Source: a virus | DNA length: 64,000 bases | Strand: one strand, 5' to 3' | IMG/VR virus record: IMGVR_UViG_3300032011_003203 | Coordinates: 17,265 to 81,264 of that record | In this document: piece by piece, positions 58,701 through 64,000 of the stretch | Position numbering within the stretch: position 1 is the stretch's first letter | Layout: every line of letters begins with the position of its first letter | Position numbers and translations under genes: made by a program | Notes under the pieces: model-generated | Seen by the model: the letters and a program-made list of their open reading frames with translations, nothing else | What the model was told of the DNA's origin: nothing | Databases searched by the model: none

Positions 58701-61700
58701 AGATGGTGGTGGAAACGCAAGATTTGGTACTGCAACCAATAGTGATAATTTTATATACTTTAATGGAAGTACACTACAAATTAAAGCAGATGATATTGAT
58801 ATTTCATCTACTGCATTTAATTTAAATGCTAATGGTGGTGATTTAATAATTTCAAGTTCAGACCATCGTATTTCATTAGCAAATGAAAATATTATATTAG
58901 ATGGTACTTCGACTGGATTTATGTCAATAGGAACTGTCACAGGTGTTACAGATACAGGTGGAAGTAACAAAGGATTTTATGCAGAGGGTGATGGAGATTT
59001 CATAACTAAAGCAGCTGCAAATAAATATATACAATTCAATGGTGGTGATTTAGATATTAAAACAGGTATCTTCAAACTTGATACCGCAAAACTCGATATT
59101 GATTCATCCGCTGGTGGAAGTGGTAGTATTGCATTAGGTGCAACACCACCAACACAATACAATAGTGGAACAGGTTTCTTTGTAGATGGTGCTGGTAAAT
59201 TCCTATTAGGAAATTCAGGTGGTAACAAAGTTCAATTCGATGGAAGTACATTGACCGTTGCTGGTACGATTAATATTATTAGTGGTGATTTGGCAGGTGT
59301 AACTTCCAATACAATTAGTGGTTCATATCCACCAGCATCTGCTTCACAAGATTTAGGTTTTGCAACACAAGTTGTGTTGGATTCTGATGGTATGAGTTTA
59401 AAGAATGCTGATGCAAGTAAAACATTAGCAACTTATGGAAAAACAGCAAAAATATTTGATGGTTTAAATTCCAACACTTATGTAGAGGTTGGTGGTAAAG
59501 GAATAACACAAGTTAGTGGAAGTGTAACGGGTAGTTTATTAACCAATGGAGTGATGAGTTTATTTGGTGCTGGTGCAGAAAAAGCAGTATTCAGTAGTAC
59601 AGGTTCATTATTCAGAGGTGATGCACAAAACACATTCACAAGAGTAGATTCAAATGGATTAACAATTGTGGATAACGGAAGTGTACAAGGTACATTCACT
59701 AATGGTACAATTAATCTTTATGGAAACAATGGTACGGATAGAAAAGTAACGATTGATTCAGATGGATTCAAGGCTTATTATGATTCAAATAATTACATAA
59801 ATGTAAATTCATCCACGATGGACATATATGCGGGTAGTAGTACTGCTGCAGCATCATTTGGAACGACTGTTACACTTCGTGGAAATAATAGTGATGCTGA
59901 TAAGATTACTATTAATAGTGGTGGAATTAAAATAACTGAGGGTAGTGCAACAATTGCAACCTTTGGTAGTAACATACATTTAAATGATGGACAAATATAT
60001 GTAGGGGTTACAGGTTCAAGTGGAGATTGGTTAGAGATTGATTCAAGTGGAATTGACATTATGAGAAATAATGTTAGTGTTGGACAATGGCAAGATTCTG
60101 CATTACGATTAGGAAAAGTATCAAACGAGCATGTTACAATCAATGATGCGGGTATGAAAGTAATGGATGGAACTACTCTGAAAGCACATTTTGGTAGTGA
60201 CATACACTTAAATGATGGGCAGATATATGTTGGTGTAACTGGTTCTGATTGGTTAGAAATTGATTCAACATCTATTGATATCAACAGAAACAATGTAAGT
60301 GTTGGTCAGTTCACAGATTCAGCTATGAGAATAGGGCGATTATCAAATGAGCATGTCATAGTCAATGATTCGGGTATGAAAGTAATGGATGGAACTACAT
60401 TGAAGGCACACTTCGGAAGTGATATCCATTTAAATGATGGGCAAATATATGTGGGAGTTACAGGTTCTGATTGGTTGGAGATTGATTCAACATCTATTGA
60501 TATATTTAGAAATAATACAAGTGTAATCAATCTAACAGATTCAGACTTTAGAATTGGTGCAGTTGCCAAAGACCATACCATCATCAATAATAGTGGTTTG
60601 AAAGTTATGGATGGTACTGCAATGAGAGCAACATTTGGAGCTGATGCTCACATTAATGGTGGGACTATTTATGTTGGTGTAACTGGTTCAAGTGGGGATT
60701 GGGTAGAGATTGATTCTAGCGGAATTGATATTATGAGAAATAATGTTAGTACTGCTAAATTTGAAGATTCTACAATTACATTAGCACCAAACACAGGTGC
60801 AGCAACAGATGATGCAGTTGTTATTTCATCAACTAATGGTGTAAAAATTTATGATAATAGTACAGACTATGTACATCTGGCTTCAGATGGTATGAGTGTT
60901 TATGCTGGACATGCAAGTAATAAATCAGCACACTTTGGTAGTACTATTTCATTATACTCAGATGGAGCGTTAGGTTCTCATAATAGAACTCTACACATAA
61001 CAGACCACGGAATAAATATTGGACAAAATACAACTGGTCCATCAGGTGCAAATACACCAAGTGCAATTATTAATAATGTAAGTATTACGGGTGCGGGTGT
61101 AAGAGTTTATGGAGATGCTACCAATACTTACGCAGATGTAGGTTCTTCTGGTTTAGATATTGTTAAAACTGGAACTAATGTTGCGAACTTTGGTGCTACG
61201 GTCAGAGTTGGTGAAGATGATAATGCCAAATCTGCATTTAGAGTTGATGGAAGTGGTAATGTTACAGTCGGAACTGGAAACACAACAAACTTTCAAGTAT
61301 TCGCAGATGGAACAGTCAGTTCATCAAACGCTATATTTGCTAAAGGTAAAATTACAGATGCTACAGCGGTTGAGGGTCTTATACAAGGATTTGTTAATAT
61401 GAAGTACACATCATCAAATGCTTCTGCAGTAGCACACACTGCATATGATTGGTATTCATCACTTGTTAAAGACAGTGCAGCTGGTGCATATACACAATAT
61501 GATAATCAATATCTAATTGATATTGGTGGTGGTTTTTCTTCAACACATAGTACAAGAGCAATTGCAGTTAACTTTATGAGATTTGATTCATCTTTTTGGA
61601 ATGATAAAGCAATTGGACATATTAGATTTCCAAGAACAGGTACTGATGCACATTTTGGTAGTGCACAAGTGTTTTTCGAGGGTGGTTCAGGTGGAGCACC

Positions 61701-62721
61701 ATACATCAATGATGCTTCCGATTTTGGTGGTAATAAATATGTATATAATAGTTCAACGCCTGCTTGGGAACAAGTTTGGTTAGATAATTTCCACATTCAT
61801 GTCGACACTGAAGATTTTGCAAAACCATTTTATCAATCTAATACCATCGGTGGAAATTCTTATGGTAATTCTTGGAGAATAACAAGTGGTATGAGAGTTA
61901 TGTTTGTAGCAAACACTTTAGATTGGAAAGTAATGCCAAACATTCAAAAGTTTGAAGGTATTAGACCTAAATTTTATAGTGGATTAAATGTAGGAAACAC
62001 CAATACAGCACACGCAACTTATGAATTATATGTTGCAGGTGATATTGGAGCAACTGGTAATGTTACAGCATATGCTGACTATGTTTGTGATGATTGTGGT
62101 TGGCATCACGCTGCAAAACCACTTGATAATATATGTCCAAGTTGTGGTGGAACAAATGTTAACTATCACGATGATGTAGCATTATTAAAACAAATTATTG
62201 ATACTACTGCAGCACATCCTACTGATATGGAGAAACAATATCAAGCATATGAAAAACTTGCAAAACTTGGGGTGATAGACATAAATATAGATAATCAAGA
62301 TGATAGGTTAGGACTAAGAGAAAAGGATATACAAGTTACTCATAATTTACATGCGTTAAACAATTATTTAATATCAGGTTTAGTTCAAGAACGAAAAAGA
62401 ACTGAGGGATTGGAAGATAGAATTGAAAAGATGGAAACAATTATTAAAACTTTTGGTGGTGAACCAGGTAAAGGAGTTGCCCACAATTTTAAAGATGGGA
62501 AGATTCAACCTTTTAATGGTGATTATTCAAAAGATGATGGTAGGGTTATTAAAATGATAAGAAATAAGGGTGTTAAGGTTTATCATAATTTTAATAAAAT
62601 GAAAGAAAGATATTGGAAGTGGGGACAAAAAGACGATATAATGAAAGAAGATTACAAACAAAATAAAGATGGTAGTGTAAACACAAAAAAACAACCAAAA
62701 CCAAAAATAACGGAGTTATAA
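49732..62721 (+). CDS. Giant (4329 aa) repetitive tail-fibre/adhesin-like virion protein
   Basis: G/S/T-rich beta-repeats; GNIGDF/IGGF/IAGW fibre motifs; several internal repeat families; tip motif LYVAGDIGATGNVTAY followed by a coiled coil. Confidence 0.75.
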   Translation: MAILKRINKYQGLKDIDILVEEVGLTSQYFQVYDFPDQVPQGKSSFLVAGSPFLADNVELKVEIIDAGGNTVYTEAITDYLEGNARRVSVEVYDDVVPGDGFMYIVGELKPNYKQISGLEANQDNITDTQIIDPASFGPGLGAGNIPDEFIEQVNAQNAQDVPEEFQGVYNVRYVRPVFINAALPNSQPIFFYQQPRITVTEVVKPFIEQLAPSGSVVLSGSIEANPAPDLAPLPAPIDPPPGFPKNPAAEGLGKIGQINEIFKSSKKAKANPFRNSGFRSRGRLIRRASPEQDRFSMKIHALEESNETTKDKASSALVGATLKIKSPKIDLVKFPAADFDIPEVFETSVKKVLNEETIVPVDDFYITRKDTKEQIPVPIIADEVAGGGQSEVTMSYTPFPEQSLSATHNRSFADITVANLRTFSGDVYKTKIYGKSQGSLGDFELLHEGTIESPQTLIDPFSPDGFLNIGYFHTQSIVDSYWLVSGGAVTRDDTKILDGVQISGSNYGVSDSVEFTTSGSFSLEKGVPYSITFNAHYFKEDKVKSDGSVGKDFELDVLVDEAALIGGSLDGKYQSVGKVDLDGLTEFEGTIPGIYTTFLTPSDVGPTLKLKFKLNSGRAIINDIVVRPHAETNFNPDFFRVVLPMAYPLPKQPDLYDFLVEFYDVNNNIAETFTIGQNIEFTGAPLNIDGEDNLLSGSMFIGSAQGSGFEMAGVSSAFLRSIGYNGFDKTIAENKGGFLLFSGSIGDRLTASEAYEGVGLEIVDAHTSQDRYLKFRTNPSTFEVVTDQFFLGQAGNSFVSGANGNIEIFSSGTTTLSGSNVDILTPNFYLGGDSNFISGSGGNIEIFNSGTTTLSGSAVDILTPSFFLGGQSAFVSGSGGNVEISSSNFHLTAGGDVTMSGTITATAGNIGDFQIIDGQISGSNITMNATNSTIFKTDQGPGSDSGESFRQLKDEYYIDFTPEDESPDNFHVKFGPNFSVDKDGVLFASGARFEGSITASQGLIGGFTTDSSSFHSAHIFISGSPAVGGAPNDRNMFISSSNFNVKEDGSITGSSARFDGNTDISGTTTIGGNLTVDGTGTIASFGLTETAISSSNDNLILKSTGEITASAAKISGDSVDIDVSQFELDATDVAISSQHASMSLGHDADTNGGVRLVGTNGGSIVMGDNLPANLSDNGIFMSGSGDFNFQGDTSNFIRKIGTAVTIASETFGLDAGSLIISSSMDSGKGVIRLGTSGGPNSPTSTTAGIYMDGGGALNVVGNSTNFLRTDEGSLTVNTDTLDLKTSTLRVSSSNGGVIALGETIPQKLEAAGLFLSGSGQFSFYSSSRGHIVFDGTDFKIASENLTIDTSTLDINTAGGGNIALGSGSPSLTAAGIFLSGSGDFNFMKDANNFIRQSGGTFQIKADTFDLATSTLIIDSAANNGKIALGATPNTSVGGTNKGIYMDGTGDFLVRGDGNNFFKFDASGASIEIKSDTFDLATTTLILDSSTNSGKLALGQTPPSAHNSGNGIYFDGTAKFLIGSASGDHLQYDGDNFDIKVGSLELDASNIEISSTNASMSLGEGNIILDGANNKIKVGKTSNKQVEIVGSSTQGYIATGKTSATSTTAGFWLANNNTDTEFHVGNSSNFLKFDGGDFSIASDQLEVSASTLQISTANVSMSLGHSNDDPFGTLIMKGGSTPTFAMGRGAVSMSLNSGSGIFFDGDGNFRMGDDDGSLSMQNGNFSITGSDVDINVTDLNITSTGFRLSSTNASMSLGTNDQLFMHANSSSPFLSVGQSTKGYGQTGTFLGFVNSVSRPRVSFVGSAGHFKFDTGLDIQTDTFELDANSGDLQISSAHKSMSLNDGTIVFDGPNKKITVGTSNAVTIQGGSTDNFIAMGSKTNFGDEGSGTAGILIGMDSSNPQAEFVKSSTEYIIFDNGVDMKTLNFELDANGGDLQISSAHKSMSLGGEVKLDGTNTKIEVGSSNKITIQGGSTDNFITMGSKTSFTHEGSGTAGILIGMDGSNPQAEFVKSATDYFIFDDGLDIKTTKLELDAGSLQLSNTQNSMSLSPDGSNPIRMVGDGTDAFITMGSKASFGNEGSGTAGIIIGMDGANPQAEFVKNSTNYFIFDDGIDIKTDTFKLDTTNLDIDSSTSRIQIHNGSNEVVRLGEISDSASDLYGLKIYDGSGTASSNTLVKLGGEGNTIAGWTISNTALTGGNMIIRQDGTIESAGFASNVAGSGFRLTAAQGGFLEVENAKIRGTLATAVFEKESVNAVGGQLYVANSTVLTSSAFNPNGIHTAAQTTMSVENVTGFASGEILSLKRVSNTGFSTEYVKVASSSRTDTSSDTNFSGELYVSRGLGNGVAGDSGSLGESPGAAQAYSGSQVIVSTGKLNTGYIRLNANPNDETTPYMDIVERTGSNIYDVQLKARLGDLSGLSSGLLFGETDPGFGLFTENVFLKGAITATTGSITGQLFVNTTDSERLILGVDISGTNDGLHINDNNYWYTTGALKVGSSNYYLQNDSSGNLTLRPKELDIRVGSVDFELSSTQQSMSFADKDILIKKDGSDASITVGGTTSKQITIKGSNTQGYIASGKTSAASLTEGFWIANNNTDAEFHIGDGTSAIKFDDNQLHITSSKFELDVNEGDLQISSQHKSASYGNKAIVIDGSKALISVGTTANKQIFISGSTSQGLIYSGKTSAASTTEGFWLANNNQDIEFVVGDATDFIKFDDNALSLSTRTFELNAGDGDLQISSGHTSMSLADDMILLKAAGNAGSIQVGQHSSNNIMITGSTTAGVIKSGKSSVNDLTSGFYIANDAGTEQFHIGDGTNALKYDGSNLHITASQVNLTGEGVTIDVSTFELEAANVEISSGQASMSVGYDDNLAGGINIAGGATSTIGFGSKASPRMKLSSTATDSFLQIGSPTFANPAQSGILIGSDGGTAEFHIYNAANKKISFDGSDFDIRTTKLYLETTGLKLSGDSGTGTSNYLALGSATSATAGSGIWLDGGGNARFGTATNSDNFIYFNGSTLQIKADDIDISSTAFNLNANGGDLIISSSDHRISLANENIILDGTSTGFMSIGTVTGVTDTGGSNKGFYAEGDGDFITKAAANKYIQFNGGDLDIKTGIFKLDTAKLDIDSSAGGSGSIALGATPPTQYNSGTGFFVDGAGKFLLGNSGGNKVQFDGSTLTVAGTINIISGDLAGVTSNTISGSYPPASASQDLGFATQVVLDSDGMSLKNADASKTLATYGKTAKIFDGLNSNTYVEVGGKGITQVSGSVTGSLLTNGVMSLFGAGAEKAVFSSTGSLFRGDAQNTFTRVDSNGLTIVDNGSVQGTFTNGTINLYGNNGTDRKVTIDSDGFKAYYDSNNYINVNSSTMDIYAGSSTAAASFGTTVTLRGNNSDADKITINSGGIKITEGSATIATFGSNIHLNDGQIYVGVTGSSGDWLEIDSSGIDIMRNNVSVGQWQDSALRLGKVSNEHVTINDAGMKVMDGTTLKAHFGSDIHLNDGQIYVGVTGSDWLEIDSTSIDINRNNVSVGQFTDSAMRIGRLSNEHVIVNDSGMKVMDGTTLKAHFGSDIHLNDGQIYVGVTGSDWLEIDSTSIDIFRNNTSVINLTDSDFRIGAVAKDHTIINNSGLKVMDGTAMRATFGADAHINGGTIYVGVTGSSGDWVEIDSSGIDIMRNNVSTAKFEDSTITLAPNTGAATDDAVVISSTNGVKIYDNSTDYVHLASDGMSVYAGHASNKSAHFGSTISLYSDGALGSHNRTLHITDHGINIGQNTTGPSGANTPSAIINNVSITGAGVRVYGDATNTYADVGSSGLDIVKTGTNVANFGATVRVGEDDNAKSAFRVDGSGNVTVGTGNTTNFQVFADGTVSSSNAIFAKGKITDATAVEGLIQGFVNMKYTSSNASAVAHTAYDWYSSLVKDSAAGAYTQYDNQYLIDIGGGFSSTHSTRAIAVNFMRFDSSFWNDKAIGHIRFPRTGTDAHFGSAQVFFEGGSGGAPYINDASDFGGNKYVYNSSTPAWEQVWLDNFHIHVDTEDFAKPFYQSNTIGGNSYGNSWRITSGMRVMFVANTLDWKVMPNIQKFEGIRPKFYSGLNVGNTNTAHATYELYVAGDIGATGNVTAYADYVCDDCGWHHAAKPLDNICPSCGGTNVNYHDDVALLKQIIDTTAAHPTDMEKQYQAYEKLAKLGVIDINIDNQDDRLGLREKDIQVTHNLHALNNYLISGLVQERKRTEGLEDRIEKMETIIKTFGGEPGKGVAHNFKDGKIQPFNGDYSKDDGRVIKMIRNKGVKVYHNFNKMKERYWKWGQKDDIMKEDYKQNKDGSVNTKKQPKPKITEL
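55340..56090 (+). repeat. Three intragenic copies of a ~90-100-aa module
   Basis: FI(A/T)MGSK..F..EGSGTAGI.IGMD..NPQAEFVK..T.Y.IFD.G.D.KT occurs three times. Confidence 0.85.
59962..60760 (+). repeat. Four tandem intragenic repeats of ~74-76 aa
   Basis: FGS.IHLNDGQIYVGVTGS..DWLEIDS..IDI.RNN.S units starting near 59962, 60190, 60412, 60634. Confidence 0.88.
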
Positions 62722-62722
62722 T

Positions 62723-63151
62723 ATGAGTACAAAGTTTATATATGAAGCTGATATTAATTTAAATATTTTAAATGATACAATACAAGGTGGTGAAATTCAT
62801 TATAAATTTCACGAAGATGTTGATGGTTGGTATTATGATGAAATGAAATGGAAAGGTGGACAATTTAAAATTGACCTTAATGTAAATAAAAATACAACAA
62901 ATCTTAGACATGTATATGATTGGATAAATCTACCTTTATCACAATCAAATTGGTATAATGATTTTGTAAAAACTAATTATAATTTAGCTACTGGTTCATT
63001 TACAATTAAATCACAAGAACCAGATGATTTTAATTCAAGTCTTTTTAAAACCCACGGCGGTGCATTTCCATCAATGTCTACATCACCATATAGTGGACGA
63101 TGGGGATTTGGTTTTGGTAGTGGTTCATTTTCAGTAGTGGAGTATCCATAA
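62723..63151 (+). CDS. Hypothetical protein (fibre-associated)
   Basis: ORF track; starts immediately after the giant gene. Confidence 0.6.
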   Translation: MSTKFIYEADINLNILNDTIQGGEIHYKFHEDVDGWYYDEMKWKGGQFKIDLNVNKNTTNLRHVYDWINLPLSQSNWYNDFVKTNYNLATGSFTIKSQEPDDFNSSLFKTHGGAFPSMSTSPYSGRWGFGFGSGSFSVVEYP

Positions 63152-64000
63152 TGGCAAGAAGTAGTGGAGAAGCTTTGGGTTTGGGACAATTAGGTTATGC
63201 AACAGGCCATAATGCTAATTCAACAACATCAACATCAATGAATACAGTCTCTGGTGGTACTTCAACAGTCTCAATAGATGATTTTGGAATAGATAGTCTT
63301 GATGTAATTGGTGTCGAGGATACAACACCAGATGAGGGTAGTACGATGGCAGTTACTCTTGGGTTTGATGGTAAGGGTAGTTTATTTTTAACCAAGATAG
63401 GTAATCAAACTCGAAACTTTACTTGGGGTGGAACTGCAGGTGGTAGTTATGCAAGTGCAGATTATTCAGCACAATGGACTGCTCCTTCAGTAACTTCTAA
63501 TGCTGCAGGAAATTTAAGTTGTACATTTCACGATGGATTTAATGACCATGTCACAAATTATAATTCTGCACAGACAGTTAACATTACTGTCCAAGAAACA
63601 GGTGGGGGTGGTACTGGTGGTGGTGGTAGTTGTTTTATAGCTGGTACGGAAATATTAATGAGTGATAATACTTGGAAACGAATCGAAACCATAACATTCG
63701 ATGATGTTGTTAAATCAGTTCAAATTCCAACATTACCTGATGCTGATGAATATGCAGTTTATGCTACTTGGCAAGCAACTACACTTAATAATATGGTGAG
63801 TTCATCTGCAGAGGTAGTGTTGAATCAAGGAGATTATTACTATGACCACTATGAAATAATTGATGCAGAAAATAATGTTATAAAAGCAACACACGAACAC
63901 CCGTTATTAATTCAAAGATATCACGATGAAGTAGATGTTGATGGTACAAGTAGAATGATTTATAGATGGGTAAGGGTTCGTGAATTATTAGCAAGTGATA
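63151..64000 (+). CDS. Virion protein with C-terminal Hint domain, truncated by the window end (not in track)
   Basis: ATG 63151 with TAATG coupling and GGAG; frame open to 64000; GGGGTGGGGS linker then CFIAGTEI at 63631 and ATHEHPL. Confidence 0.8.
   Translation, partial: MARSSGEALGLGQLGYATGHNANSTTSTSMNTVSGGTSTVSIDDFGIDSLDVIGVEDTTPDEGSTMAVTLGFDGKGSLFLTKIGNQTRNFTWGGTAGGSYASADYSAQWTAPSVTSNAAGNLSCTFHDGFNDHVTNYNSAQTVNITVQETGGGGTGGGGSCFIAGTEILMSDNTWKRIETITFDDVVKSVQIPTLPDADEYAVYATWQATTLNNMVSSSAEVVLNQGDYYYDHYEIIDAENNVIKATHEHPLLIQRYHDEVDVDGTSRMIYRWVRVRELLASD

Noticed and set aside
413-63395. Most minus-strand ORFs and short alternative-frame plus ORFs in the track (e.g. 1729-2088, 24290-24658, 54063-54590, 59793-60293)
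   Set aside because: They shadow well-supported plus-strand genes, lack an RBS and have antisense-like composition. Only 20313-20534 and 49451-49627 have their own promoter motif and plausible products.
1-64000. Alternative genetic code (stop-codon reassignment, as in some large phages)
   Set aside because: Genes are full length and tightly packed in code 11; TAA, TAG and TGA all act as stops at coupled junctions.
1-64000. CRISPR array, integrase, transposase or reverse transcriptase (DGR/retron)
   Set aside because: No regularly spaced identical repeats and no such protein motifs seen; the repeats present are in-frame coding repeats.

Overview
AT-rich, gene-dense, almost entirely plus-strand segment of a large lytic myovirus-type (jumbo-like) phage genome read in standard code 11. 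The host is probably an aquatic FCB-superphylum bacterium outside the Bacteroidetes (inference). Layout: (1) 1-12.3 kb accessory genes (nuclease, thioredoxin, nucleotidyltransferase, Hsp20, J-domain, PhoH, HAD phosphatase, peptide deformylase, UvsE, beta-barrel), plus tRNA-Cys, a tmRNA and an unidentified ~215-nt structured RNA; (2) 13.0-17.6 kb tightly coupled operon of amino-methyltransferase, dCMP-type thymidylate-synthase homologue, Asn-synthetase-like amidotransferase and PLP enzyme (candidate DNA base-modification pathway), then an HD hydrolase, a phage sigma factor and a GH6 glycoside hydrolase; (3) 20.7-35.6 kb baseplate/virion genes, one with a Hint domain; (4) 35.7-42.6 kb phage-encoded outer-membrane module (cohesin/dockerin protein with T9SS-type C-terminal signal, PorV-like barrel, 19-aa 9-Cys micropeptide, CsgG-like lipoprotein, barrel); (5) resolvase, primase and fused Mre11-Rad50; (6) a 4329-aa repetitive tail/fibre protein and a second Hint-domain protein running off the window. 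The strongest hidden signal is a window-wide rule: several restriction-type palindromes (CATG, CTAG, ACGT, ACNGT, CCGG) were seen only where a cytosine falls in a 5'-GC or 5'-GAC context, and GATC was not seen at all. This points to context-specific cytosine modification of the phage DNA. All counts are by eye and all family calls come from motif recognition, not database searches.
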